This document shows, in pieces, positions 1-11,760 of a stretch of DNA of 64,000 nucleotides. Position numbers and translations under genes: made by a program. The DNA comes from Mobula hypostoma (lineage: Eukaryota). The notes beneath the pieces are model-generated. The model was not told where the DNA came from and made no database searches. It worked only from the letters and a program-made list of their open reading frames with translations. Position 1 is the first letter of the stretch, and each line of letters begins with the position of its first letter. The stretch covers positions 104,410,001 through 104,474,000 of the forward strand of contig NC_086108.1 in NCBI RefSeq assembly GCF_963921235.1, written 5' to 3'.

Positions 1-976
1 GATGTCTGTAACAGTGAAGCCATGGCTCTACTAGCTGTGTCAATAAGCCAACTTTATGGCGAAAAACCAGAAATTAAGAAAAACTTTGAAGGTCCAAGTA
101 TTTTAAAATCTGAAGTTTGTAATGCAATAAATAAGATGAAGAAAGGAAAGGCAGCAGGTCCTGATGAATTAGTAATAGAACAAATTATCGCCCTTGAAGA
201 TTATGGAATTGAAAAACTTAATGATTTAATCAATGACATTTATGAGACTGGAATAATACCAAAAGAGATTTTAAAAAATCAGTATTTATCACTCTTCCTA
301 AGAAAACTGGAGTAATTGAATGTAAGTTACATAGGACCATAAGTTTAATGAGTCATATCCAAGATATTTCTAAGAATTTTGATGACAAGAGCTAAAAGTA
401 AGAGACAAGCTGAAACAGGCAAAGAACAATGTGGTTTCGTGAAAGACAAAGGTAGAAGAAACGCAATATTGATGTTAGGGATACTATCAGAATGAGCTAT
501 TTAAGTGCAAAAAGATTGTTTGTTTTATCAACTACACAAAAGCATTTGATAAAGTGAAGCACAATAAGTTATTTGAAATATTACAGGAAACTCTAAATCT
601 AGATTCGAAAGACCTCCACCTAATCAGAAATCTGTACTGGGAACAAACTGCCGCTGTAAGAATAGATGGAGAAGTGAGTCAGTTTATGAAAATCAAGAGA
701 GGCGTTAGACAAGGGTGTGTTTTCTCCTCTGATTTATTTAATGTGTACAGTGAAACAATATTACAAAAAATAAGAGACATCTTGGGAATCAAAGTTGGTG
801 GTGAAAACATCAATAATTTCAGATATGCAGATGACACTAATAATTGCAAGTACAGAGGAAGAACTACAAAACTTAATTGATATAATTGTTGAAGAAAGTG
901 CAAAAATGGGTCTATCTATCAATTGCAAAAAGACAGAATGTATGGTGATATCCAAAAAGAAGGAGAATCCTATCTA
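1..976 (+). mobile_element. RTE-clade LINE ORF fragment, decayed
   Basis: Frameshifted RT pieces: KMKKGKAAGPD, GVRQGCVFSSDLFNVYSE, INNFRYADDT. Confidence 0.85.
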
Positions 977-1609
977 TCAGGCGTGCAGCAAAGACACGGA
1001 CTTGCAGTACCCCAAAGACTACTCGTTCACCCGGTATTTGATGCACAACAGGCTCTCACTCTCCCTAATAAGGGAGAAAGGGGTATCTCCGTTTCACAGC
1101 GAGAGCATTTCTCAGTGAGCTCCTTGTCGTTCAGATTGGCAAAAACGTCTCCTCCACAACCTCCATTAGCACAGGAGCACTACTGTGATGAGTACTTAGT
1201 CCCCTGCTTGACTCGTTTTACACCTTTAACTGTGTGGCTAAGTACAGCTCCAACACGATATACAAGTTTGCTGATGACTCCACTGTTGTGGGCTGTATCA
1301 AAGGTGTGATGAATCAGCATACAGGAGGGAGACTGTGTAATAGCAACAATCTCTCATTCAATGTCAATAAGACCAAGGAACTGATAGTAAACTTCATGAG
1401 AGGGAAACCAGAGGTCCATAAGCCAGTAGTCATTGGAGGATCAGAGATGGAGAGGGTCAATAACTTTAAATTCTTGGGGGTCACTATCTCAGAGGACCTG
1501 TCCGGGACCCATCATATAAATATATTTGTTGAGAGAGCATGACAGCACCCCTACTTCCTCAGGGGTCTGCAGAGATTCAGCATGTCATCGAAAACCTTGG
1601 CAAACCTCT

Positions 1610-2925
1610 ATATCTGCTATTTGTCAAGTAGGGTGTCGTGCACAATCCTGATTTGATGGATTCAGACATGAGAGCACGGAGGAACATCTGGTGAAACTTC
1701 TGAAATGCCTGCTTCGCTGCTGCTGCTACTGTGTGGTCCAGAATCTCCAAGTCCTCGGCTTTGCTTGTTGCTCGGCGGCCGGGGAGGGGTCGAAGCACTC
1801 GGCAGAGGATGGTGCCTGGAGAGGCTGTGTCGGAGGGGCTGGTCGGAGGCTCGAAGTTTTCGGACGGACTCAGAGTCCGCTGTGGTCGGGTGCTTCCAAT
1901 GCATCAGCAAGTTGGCGGCGCTTGGAGGTTCATGGCAAGGAGAGTTTCTCCCTTCTGCTGCCTACGTGAGATGATGAGTCTATCGGGACTTTGACACTAT
2001 TTTTACCATGCCCTTGGTCTGCTCTTTATCAAATTATGGTATTGCTTTGCATTGTCGTAACTATATGTTATAATTATGTGGTTTTGTCAGTTTTAGTCTT
2101 GGTTTGTCTTGTGTTTTCTTGTGATATCATTCTGGAGGAACGTATCATTTTTAATGCATGCATTTCTAAATTAGATTGGATTAGATTAGATTATGAGAAC
2201 ACTTAGTCCTCTTTTATTGTCATTTAGAAATGCATACATGCATTAATAAATGATACAATGTTTCTCCGGAGTGATATCACAGAGAACAGGACAAACCAAA
2301 GACTGACACTGACAGAACCACATAATTATAACATATAATTACAGCAGTGTGAAGCAATACCATAATTTGATGAAGAACAAACCATGGGCACGGTAAAAAT
2401 GTCTCAGAAGTCCCTGAGTTGATCGACTCCTGAGTCCCTGATAGCAGGCAGCAAAAGGGAGAAACTCCCTGCCATAAACCTCCAGGCACCGTCAACTTGC
2501 CGATGCCTTGGAAGCAGCCGACCACAGCCGACACTGAGTCCATCTGTCCGAAAACTTCGAGCCTCCGACCAGCCCCTCTGATACAGCCTCCCAAGCGCCA
2601 TCCTCTGCCGAGCGCCTTCGACCTAGCCCCGGCCGCTGAAACATGCAAAGCCAAGGATTTCGGGACCTTCTGCTCCGGAGATTCCGGTTACCACACAATA
2701 GCAGCAGCAGTGAAGTGGTCATTCCAGAAGTTTTCCAGATGTTGCTCCGTACTCTCACGTCCGTCTCCATCAAATCAGAACTGTGCACGGTCCCCTACTT
2801 GACAGATAACAGATATTCATCCACGGAGAGGCCGCGCGCGCTGCCATTGTGCCGCCATCTTCTCCTCCTAAATGACAATAAACGAGGACTGAGTGTCCTC
2901 ATAACCTAATCTAATCTGATCTAAT
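1610..2925 (+). mobile_element. Non-autonomous Rex1-type retroposon with (CTAAT)n tail, hosting an antisense copy of itself
   Basis: 1610-2171 matches the reverse complement of ~2220-2815. The tail resumes at 2868-2925 (aatgacaataaacgagg...ctaatctaatctgatctaat). Confidence 0.7.
2172..2867 (-). mobile_element. Second copy of the same non-autonomous retroposon, antisense, with CTAAAT TSD
   Basis: (TTAGA)n tail at 2172-2192, 5' end with AAGATGGCGGC motif near 2850-2860, TSD CTAAAT at 2166-2171 and 2868-2873. Confidence 0.75.
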
Positions 2926-3239
2926 ATATGATTGGTGTAAAGAGTGCTGGCTGGCTGCTTTATGGCCTGGTATGGGAACACCAATGCCTTTGAGTGGAAA
3001 ATTCTACAAAGGTAATGGATTTGGCCCAGTACATCACATGTAAAGCCCTCCCAACCATTGAGCACACCTACATAAGATGTTGCTGTAAAAAAGCAGCATC
3101 CATCATCAAAGATCATCACCACCCAGCCCATACTCTTTTCTCACTGCTGCCATCAAGTAGAAGGTTCAAGTGACACAGAACTTGCACCACCAGGTTCTAT
3201 AGATTTGCTAAGTTTGGCCCGCAGAAAAAGGAATCTCAG

Positions 3240-3873
3240 TGTAACGCTCAGTTATATTGGCTCATATATGTCTAGGGGAAATTCCACCCAGCACCTGCCT
3301 CAACACTCCCCACGGAGTCGGTTGCCGCCCGAATCAATCCCAAACGTCAATCATCAGCCGGCACACCCAGTACGTTTTACCAAGTACACTTTATAGATAT
3401 TACTAATTCTATGACATTAATATAAATTCGATACTGAGAAAAGGAAGTAATGGAAAAAAAAGGCGCCAAGACTTATCAAAGTCCAAGTTCTTCGCTCGCA
3501 ACAGTTGGAGCTCAATTGATTCCTGCCGACCACCCGAATCCTGTTGGACTCACGGCTCGGGACCACCCGAAGTGATCGACTGGAGCCTTTCCGCCCGTCC
3601 ATTGTCCTCCCCATCTCTCCTCCGACTCCTCGTCTCTCCTCCGACGCCCCGCCAAAACCCTGTCCCCAGTCGTATGATACAGCATTATCATCTGAAAACA
3701 AAACGATACATGACCACCCATTGGCTAATAGCACTCTGCTGTCTGTATTAACCTAAGCAAATGTCTAGCTACAGACTTTCTCAGCATTTAACATAACAAA
3801 GAAGCATTCCCCAGTATAACATAACCAAGAAGCCATTTTAGATTTAACATATATAAAAAAAAGACCCCATACA
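3240..3873 (-). mobile_element. Solo LTR (Gypsy-like)
   Basis: TG...CA termini and 4-bp TSD TCAG (3236-3239, 3874-3877). Shares an internal motif (gagctccaactgtt...ttgataag...ggcgcc on the minus strand) with the LTR at 31358. Confidence 0.8.
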
Positions 3874-4089
3874 TCAGTGTTGTATGTGGTGACATGTATG
3901 CACTCTGATAATAATTTTTACTTTGAACTTATAGAATCAGAGAATCATAGAGCACTACAGCACAGAAACAGACCCTACATCCATCTAGTCCATGCTGACC
4001 TATTCCTCTGCCATTGACCTGAACCTGAACCCTAGCCCTCCATGCCCCTCCCACTAGTGTGCTTATCCAAACTTCTCTTAAACTCCTCT

Positions 4090-4585
4090 TCAGGTTCATG
4101 AAAATCATCCTGGGAATGAAAGGCCTAGCATATGCAGAGCACCTAATGGCTCTGGGTCTGTAGTCCCTGGAGTTCAGAAGAATGGAGGGGTGGGGGAACC
4201 TCATTGAAACCAATCAAATATTGAAAGGCCTACATAGAGTGGATGTGTAGAGGATGTTTCCTGTAGTGGGTGAGTTCAGGACCAGAGGGCATAACCTTAG
4301 AGTAGAAGGATGTCCCTTCACAGCAGAGATGGAGTGGAGTTCCTTTCTTTACTCAAGGGTGCTGAATCTGTGGAATTCATTGTCAGAGTCAATGGTGGAA
4401 GCCAAGTCATTGGGTATATTAAAATGAAGGTTAATAGGTTCTTGATTTGTAAGGGTGTCAGATGTTACCAGGGGAAGTTAAGATAACGGGGCTTGAGAGA
4501 GATAATATATCAGCCATGATGGAATAGCAGACAGACTTAATGGACTGAATGGCCTAATTCTGCTCTTAAATCTGATGGTCTTAAG
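4090..4585 (+). mobile_element. CR1 LINE 3' fragment
   Basis: Decayed GLYSLEFRR...RTRGH...NLWNSL C-terminus and CR1 3' UTR. Confidence 0.7.
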
Positions 4586-4903
4586 TGTTGAAATTGAACT
4601 TGCTATTTACCTTGTGTGCTTCACATAAGTAAGAAATTTCATTACACACTAGTGTATATGGCGAAAGAAACTAAGCTATCTAAGTACTTTTTAGCAAACA
4701 AATTGTTTTTTAAAAGTCATGTGGAATTTTTGGGAGAAAATTCATCTTTTCGATTCTGAGTGTTTTCTTCTCCTGATCAGTGGTGTTCATTCCATAGAAC
4801 CTGGACATTAGACCAGCTCTTCTCATCTGAACTCAGTGGCCACTTTATTAGATTCACTGGTTCTTTAATTCATATAACTAATCAGCCAATCATGTGGCAG
4901 CAG

Positions 4904-6592
4904 TGTCATGGTCCGGTCCATGAAGTCCACATTCTGGTTCACGATCCGGTCCGTGGACTCAGGACTCCAGGTCTTCCAGCTGTCCCTTGTTTGAGTTAAT
5001 CATAGGCACCTGATTCCCATCTTGGGGCTTGGAATATAAGTAGCCTTGGGGTTGAGTGTGGGCTGCTGGTTTGTTTTTGTCAAGATCCCCTGGGAGCAAC
5101 CTGCTGGTGGAAGGCTGGAGCAGCCAATTGCCATCTTTAGGCTGCGTTGTGGAACCATCCCCTCATGGAGCCTTGCTATCAGTAGTTGGAGCAGTCTTTG
5201 CAGTATGGATTCGGCTGTTTCCTGGGCCAGCTGAGTGGCTGCCAGCTACTCTGAGCTAGGTAGGGATCCGGCTGTTTCCGTAGCCAGCTGAGGTTGCTGG
5301 CCAAACTGAGACTCGGAGCAACCCTGGAGCAGAGATAGAACTGTCTGTCGTTCTTTGGCATTTGTCTCTTCTTGTCCTCAACTCTGTGGGGTAAGCCAGG
5401 CCATTTTGCCATTGCCCTGCGGGGGGATCTGTCTTGTCTTGTCTTCACCTCTGTGGGGTAGGTCAGGCTGTTTTGCTGTTGCCCTGCTGGGGGGACATGT
5501 CTTGTCTTTGCCTCTGTTAGGTAAGTCTGGTCGTTCTGCCGTTACCCAACAGATGGACCTGTTGCACCTTGGTGTGGAGAGGTTGAGTCCTGGCTTGTCT
5601 AAGTATAAGTCCTGGCTCTATGTCTATGTAATGTCCTGTCTCATGTTGGTGTCATGTTAATGATGAGTCCCAGCTTTTCGAAGGACATCTCCTGGCTCTA
5701 TGTTGATGTTCAGTTCCCAGTCGGTATCTCAGCTCCAGCCTCTGGTTATCGGCCTCCGCATCTCAAGAGGAAGATCCCGCAGCCAAGCTCCGAGAAGCCA
5801 CGCCCCGAGGCTCCCGCAGCCAAGCTCCGAGAAGCCACGCCCCGAGGCTCCCGCAGCCAAGCTCCGAGAAGCCACGCCCCGAGGCTCCCGCAGCCAAGCT
5901 CCGAGAAGCCACGCCCCGAGGCTCCCGCAGCCAAGCTCCGAGAAGCCACGCCCCGAGGCTCCCGCAGCCAAGCTCCGAGAAGCCACGCCCCGAGGCTCCC
6001 GCAGCCAAGCTCCGAGAAGCCACGCCCCGAGGCTCCCGCAGCCAAGCTCCGAGAAGCCACGCCCCGAGGCTCCCGCAGCCAAGCTCCGAGAAGCCACGCC
6101 CCGAGGCTCCCGCAGCCAAGCTCCGAGAAGCCACGCCCCGAGGCTCCCGCAGCCAAGCTCCGAGAAGCCACGCCCCGAGGCTCCCGCAGCCAGGCTCCGA
6201 GAAGCCAAGCCTGAAGTCCCCAGCCTCCAAGCTCACAACCCAAGTCCCCAGCCTCAAGAGCAAAGACTGCAGCCTGTCTCCAAGCTCAGGCCTCTAGACC
6301 CCACCACGTCCTGTCCTGAAGCCATGTCATGTCCTTGCCTGGTTCTGGGGTCCGAGCCCAAGGCAAGACCCAGGTCCTGGGTCCTTGTCCAGTCTTGGGC
6401 TCAGAGTCGAAGCCTTGTCTCCTAGTCCATGGTTTCTAGTCCTGGTCCTGCTTTCCCTAGCCCAAGTCTGAATTCTTGTCCCTACTTCTGGTCTGAATCC
6501 TGTCACGTCCCTACTCTAGTCAAGTTCTGTTCCTTGTTCTTCAGTGTCTGTGTCTTGCATTTGGGTCCATTCCCAATGCCCCCATTGTGACA
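4904..6592 (+). mobile_element. Long solo LTR (Gypsy-like), 1689 bp, containing a minisatellite
   Basis: TGTCA...TGACA termini, 5-bp TSD AGCAG (4899-4903, 6593-6597), TATA-like TATAAG at ~5035, no internal coding domain. Confidence 0.8.
5775..6207. repeat. 37-bp GC-rich minisatellite, ~11.7 near-perfect copies
   Basis: Unit TCCCGCAGCCAAGCTCCGAGAAGCCACGCCCCGAGGC. Its 37-aa (three-unit) periodicity explains the overlapping ORFs on both strands. Confidence 0.97.
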
Positions 6593-7085
6593 AGCAGCTC
6601 AATTCATGAAAGCATCGAGAAATGGTTAAGAGGTTCAGTTGCTGATAAGAATAAATATCAGAAGGGGAATAAATGTGATCTAAATGACTTTGATCATATC
6701 CTGATTGTCGGTGTCAGATGGTGTGGTCTGAGTATAGTAGAAACCGGTGATCTCCTGGAAATTTTATACACAACATTCTCTAGAGTTTCCGGAGAATGGT
6801 GTGAAAACAAACAAAAGAAAATCCAATGAGTGGCAGTTCTGTAGCCGAAAATGCCTCGTTAATGATGGATTTTGGAGGAGAAAGCCCAGTCTTGTTCAAA
6901 TTGACAGGAAGGCAATAGTAACTCAATCCATTATTCGTCAACAGCGGTGTGCAGAAGAGTTCTTCAAACGTACAACACGTCAAGACTTGAAGTGGATGAG
7001 CTACAACAGCAGAAGACCACGAACCTGCACTTAGCGCAAACTAACAGGTGTTTGCTAAGCGTATTAAATTTACAAAAACGCGACC

Positions 7086-7103
7086 AGTTTCAGTTTCGTT
7101 TTC
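7086..7103. promoter_or_regulatory. Two overlapping interferon-stimulated response elements (ISRE/IRF-E)
   Basis: AGTTTCAGTTTCGTTTTC contains AGTTTCNNTTTC twice (7086-7097 and 7092-7103). It lies at the start of a CpG-rich non-repeat island upstream of an ISG-family gene, with an ETS-like GGAAGT at 7125-7130. Confidence 0.82.
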
Positions 7104-7104
7104 A

Positions 7105-7237
7105 GTGAAGCGTAACTCAGTTTAGGAAGTAGCCACTCCGCGCGTTTCTCGTCCTTGTATCCCGCTCCCCAAACAAGCGTTTCCGACATTAGCTTTCGTC
7201 TCTTATCTGGCTGAGCGTTGCTTGTGCGGAAAACCAG
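7105..7237 (+). other. Putative non-coding first exon / TSS region of the IFI44-like gene
   Basis: CpG-rich unique sequence just downstream of the ISREs ends in CCAG|gtgaaa. The ATG exon has an acceptor one base before the ATG, so an upstream non-coding exon is required. The start coordinate is a guess. Confidence 0.55.
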
Positions 7238-7679
7238 GTGAAATGTGATTTTTTTTCCTTGTTGTTATTGTTATAAATACAATTATATTGTCCATATTAA
7301 GCACCAAAGAGAAGTGGTCATCGGGGAAACTAGCAGAGCGAATCTTGCGCGGCAGATTTTGTGTTGATTATTCGGCGGTCACTTCAGTGACTCGTCGGAA
7401 TGACGGCAGGAAGAAACTTTACAAACAGACTTTTGTCGGATAGACCCCTCAGGTCAGACAGTGCCTTTGGAATGAGGAACAGCTAAACCCGCGACTCGGT
7501 GATCTTTCCCGAGGACCCACCGAGTTGCAGGCTGACAGGGCGGCGAGGAACGCTCTCTCCGTCAGGGCGGCGACAACAAGTGATCACTTTTGAAGGCCGA
7601 ACGCAAGGTTTCTCAGCATTTTGGGGGCCACGTCCATGGGTCCCTCAAAGATGCCGCGCAGGCGTTCGGTGGGTGAGTT

Positions 7680-8240
7680 GGCCTTCATCAGTCGGGTATT
7701 GAGTTCAGGAGGCAATGTTGCAGATGTATTAAAAACCCTGCATAGAGCACTTGGAATATTGTGTTCAGTAATGGTCGCCTCATTTTGGAAAGATGTGGAA
7801 GCTTTAGAGAGGGTGCAGAGGAGATTTACAGGATGCTGTGTGGACTAGAGAGCATGTCCTATGAAAACAGTTTGAGGGAGCTGGGGCTTTTCTCTCTGGA
7901 GTGGAGGAGGGTGAGAGGTGACCCAGATAGAGGTGCACAAGATGATAGAGGCAAAGATGGAGTGGATAGCCAGACACATGTTCCCAGGAGGGAATTGGCT
8001 AATACAAGAGGGAATGCATTTAATGTGATAGGAGGAAAGCATGCTTGTGTTTTACAGAGTGCTGAGTGTGTGGAATGCCCTGCCAGGAGTGGTGGTAGAG
8101 GCTGGCACATTAGGGACATTTAAGAAACTCTTGATGGGCACGTGGATGAAAGAAGAATGTAGGGTCATGTAGGAAGGATAGGTTACATTGATCTTAGAGT
8201 AGGGTACTCTCACTTAGAGGTTAGACTGTACCAACTACTC
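7680..8240 (+). mobile_element. CR1 LINE 3' fragment
   Basis: [14 protein letters not shown]...LRELGLFSLE and 3' UTR. Confidence 0.75.
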
Positions 8241-9131
8241 TTTAAAGGCTGGGTCACTTCCATATTTATCCTCCATGGCATGCTTATCTGTCAATACCCA
8301 CTATTTGAGCAATGGGTGCCTCTTCCCTATCAAGGAGGACATACTTCCATCTAACAAAGTAGCTTAAACACTGCTAATTTATTTTTAATGATACACATTT
8401 AAATCTAGATAAAATTCTTAAAACACACTTAAAACTCATAGAGGATTTCCACTTTATAAAAAAGGTCCTAATCACAAACGATTTCTAAAACACTAAGGAT
8501 TTACAAAAGACAGGTATAATTCCTTAAAGTTATAAAGGGAATCTTAGTGAGTTGCCAACGAATTAGCCATCTTTCGCACAGTTGAAGGCAGCAGAATAAA
8601 TTCGAATTCACCCCATCTTTCTGTTCTTCTTGTTCCTTGACCATTCCTAGCAAGCCCGGATTCTCTCTATAAGATTTATACTGCTTTTTTTTAACGTCAC
8701 ACATGCGATATTTTTTCAAATACCTTTTCACAAAGGTCTAAAAAATTCTGGGGACAGATAGTCCAAACATCCCAAATTAATCCCGTGGAGGCTTACTCTT
8801 TGAGTATACAAATCTTGCCACTATTGCTAGATTAACTATTTGGTGTGCTGCGTTATAGTATCAATCTGGTCTGCAGTTGAACTAAAGAACTTACCCAGCA
8901 TTGTCTGGGTTGAAACAAGCAATTAACAAATCCACTTTTTACATGGGCATCTCTTGAGCAGTGAGTCTATGCTGTAAGTTTACATCCCATGTTCTATAGA
9001 CAGTGCTATTTGTTTACAGAGCTGTTCTTTTATCTTCAGATTGATTATTGCTTGTCATTTACATTAAAAACTAAGGACTGGCTCTCATTTATGACAGGAA
9101 ACTGAACAGTGAATATTGGCTGGAAGTTTAA

Positions 9132-9391
9132 CTTGTCAAAAACAAGTCTTAGCAATACACGCAGAATGCTGGGGGAGCTCAGCAGGCCAGGTAGTATCTG
9201 TGGAAAGGAGTAAACGGTCACTGTTTGGGCCGAGGCCCTTCAGTAGGATGCTGCCGATGAAGGTCTCATGCTGAAACGTCAACTGTTTACTCTTTTCCAT
9301 CGATGCTGCCTGGCCTTCTGACTTCCTCCAGCATTTTGTGTGTGTTGCTTGGATTTCCAGCACCTGCAGATTTTCTGTTGTTTGTGACAAG
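9132..9391. mobile_element. Short palindromic element made of two inverted Penelope pseudo-LTR ends
   Basis: 9151-9240 and 9255-9349 are imperfect reverse complements and both resemble 18560-18660. Outer repeat cttgtcaaaaacaa / ttgtttgtgacaag. Confidence 0.7.
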
Positions 9392-10070
9392 CAACTCTGT
9401 TCTGTACAAGTGTCAGCTGCTATGTTAGAAAGCTGAGCATGGCAAAAAGGCCTCCTGGCCCTGGATGGTGACTATCCAAAGGGCTGTGCCTTACTGTACT
9501 GGTGTGTTCTATGATTGGAGGTCATGGTGTGGTTGTACAGGGTGCTGGGTTATTGTGTTCAGTTTTAGTCATCCTTCACCCTTCAGTTTGGAAGGATTTT
9601 ACCAAACTGGAAAGAGCGAAGTAAAGATTACAAGGATGCAGCCAAGACTTGAGGAGCTGAGTTAATGGGAGAGGTTGGACAGACTAAGAGATTATTCCTT
9701 GGAGCATAGGCAAATGAGAGGTGATCTTATCGAGGTATATGAAATCATGGGGTGGGGGCGTAGAGAGGCTGAATGCACTCAGTCTGTTTCCCCAGAGATG
9801 GGGAATCAATAACTGAAGTGTGACACACTCAAATTGTGGGAGGAACTCTACAGGTCAGCCAGCATCTATGGAGGGGAATAAACTGTGGACAATTCAGGTT
9901 ACGACCCTTCATCACGATTGAAAAGTAAGAGGGCGGGGGAGGTGTACAGGTTGGAAGGTAAGGAGGAAGGTGAAAGGATGGGGGAAGTGGGAGATGATAG
10001 GTGGCAAAGATAGAGCTGAAGAAGAAGATATCTGATTGGAGAGGACACTGGACCATGGGAGAAAGGGAAA

Positions 10071-10167
10071 GAAGTGGGGAACCAGGGAGAGATGATGGGA
10101 AGGAAGTGGGGAACTAGGGAGAGGTGATGGGAAGGAAGTGGGGAACCAGGGAGAGGTGATGGGAAGG
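10071..10167. repeat. 32-bp purine-rich tandem repeat x3 within a Penelope 3' remnant (~9820-10220, minus strand)
   Basis: gaagtggggaaccagggagaggtgatgggaag repeated three times. Confidence 0.8.
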
Positions 10168-11273
10168 TTATGACAGTGGAGGAAGAGTAACCAGAGCAGG
10201 GAATAGAATAAGAGAAGGGGGAGCACTTTCCCCAGGGTAGCCATAGCTAACACTAGAGGAGATTTGTTTAAGGTTGAGTGGAGAAAAGTTAGTGGAGGTG
10301 TTGGCACTGTTCCCTCTAAGCCAAGGGGTGTGCAACTGCACAGTAACTGAAATCCTGCCACACACATACCCTTTGTTGCTGCACAGCTGTAATTTTATTT
10401 TATATATTAATATAATTTTGAAATGCCCTCTAATTATGTATTAATGAATGTATAATCCATTAATTTTCTAAATAATAAACATAACACAACCTCCCCTTGA
10501 CGTTCCCTCCCTACTTTGCAACATTTTAGAGCTCAATGTATTTACATTGTCAGTGTTTCAAGTTGCAACACTCATAAATTGTAACAATAAACACAGAATG
10601 GAAGTCAGTAGATCAATGTTAATAAACTGCCAACCCACTGAACGCCAATAGTGTCTTGTCAAAACATTTTACTGTTGCCATTTTGCCTGTCAGTTGCTTT
10701 GACTTCCCGACATCATTTACTTGTGTTATGAGTTGAACTTCCTGTTTGATGTGTGTATTACTAAAAAATACATTTTAAATGCCATGCATTTTTCAGGCCC
10801 TGAAAAAGAATTTCCTGTTCAGAGTAATGATTGGTCTGTGCAGCTGTTTTTTTTTAAAAAAAAAAGAAAAAAATGAGAGAGGATGTTGGATGTCAGTATT
10901 AGGTGCCTAGATCGCATTGTTGGGGGTTGTGGTAGAGGCTGAGAGAGACATTTAGGAAATCCTTAGATTGCCATTTGGATGTAAGAGAAATGAAGGGTTA
11001 TGGGCTATGAAGGATTTATTGTGAAGTAGGATTGTATGTATCAGACCAATGTTTGCTAGAGGGTCCGTACTGTGCTATACTATTCTATATTCTAAGGTGA
11101 GCCCTCATTCTCCTGTTCTCTAGGGAATAAACTTCCAGTTTGCACATCTCTGTTTATAACCCAGGCTCTTGAGGCCTGGAGACATCGTAATAAATCTTGA
11201 CGTCATTCTTGTAAATTGTGTTGTGATCAGTTAGTGAAAGTAGATTTTAATCAAGTGTTTTTACTTTTTCAGC

Positions 11274-11760
11274 ATGTCTGTGATAACATCCCACCTCACA
11301 GAAGAAGACTTGAAACTTGTGTTTGAAGTTCTTGGTGAAATCAAACTACACCTTCTCTATAAAGCCAGTGTCCATGGGTTTGATAAGTCCTTCTATACTA
11401 AATGCTCTCAGCAGGGACCAACATTAACTGTAGGTTATGCAGACTCAGATTGCATTTTTGGAGGTTACATTACCAAGGACATCAGTTATTCTGCAATAGA
11501 CAATAAAGCTTTCCTCTTCCTAATAACTAACAAAGGGCCAAAAAGAGTGCTTTATAAGTTTGATGTACATCCAGGTGCCAAGGCCTTTTCGTATAATTCA
11601 AGGGAAGGCGTCAGTTTTGGGGATAGCATTGTGTTCTTGATCAATTACAAGCCCTGTATGAAGATCAGCACTGGCCAGTCCTACAACCTGAATCATACTG
11701 GTCCATTTTACTTTGATGAACTAATCACTCTCACCGAATTAGAAACTTACAGAGTGGAAG
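11274..11760 (+). CDS. IFI44L: IFI44-like coding exon 1 (TLDc domain)
   Basis: Acceptor ttactttttcag|c at 11272/11273, ATG at 11274, donor GAAG|gtaaag at 11760/11761. Encodes MSVITSHLT...[10 protein letters not shown]...ELETYRVE. Confidence 0.93.

Larger units (their letters stand above)
1225..3930 (+). mobile_element. Rex1/Babar-like LINE 3' part, decayed, interrupted by nested insertions at 1610-2925 and 3240-3873
   Basis: KFADDSTVVG...NVNKTKELIVNF...FKFLGVTISEDLS. Resumes at ~2926 (WYGN...HHPAHTLFSLLPSSRR); tail ends ...tttactttgaactt at ~3930. Confidence 0.75.
4831..7060 (+). mobile_element. Decayed Tc1/mariner element, split by the solo LTR at 4904-6592
   Basis: TIR-like actcagtggccactttattag at 4831. 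Transposase N-terminal HTH remnant KCDLNDFD...GLSIVETGDLL...FSRVSGEW at ~6670-6810, homologous to 46007-46261. Confidence 0.7.

Noticed and set aside
5654..6425. Five long overlapping Pro/Arg/Ser- or Gly/Leu-rich ORFs, and a 37-bp repeat of CRISPR-like length
   Set aside because: The ORFs arise from a stop-free 37-bp minisatellite. The units are directly adjacent with no spacers and there are no cas genes, so it is not a CRISPR array.
7670..7680. Strong donor GG|GTGAGT as an alternative end of exon 1
   Set aside because: It coincides with the 5' junction of a CR1 fragment and cannot be distinguished from chance without transcript data.
10305..10890. Possible hAT-like MITE starting cactgttccctctaag
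   Set aside because: The right TIR is too degenerate and there is no clear 8-bp TSD, so support is insufficient.
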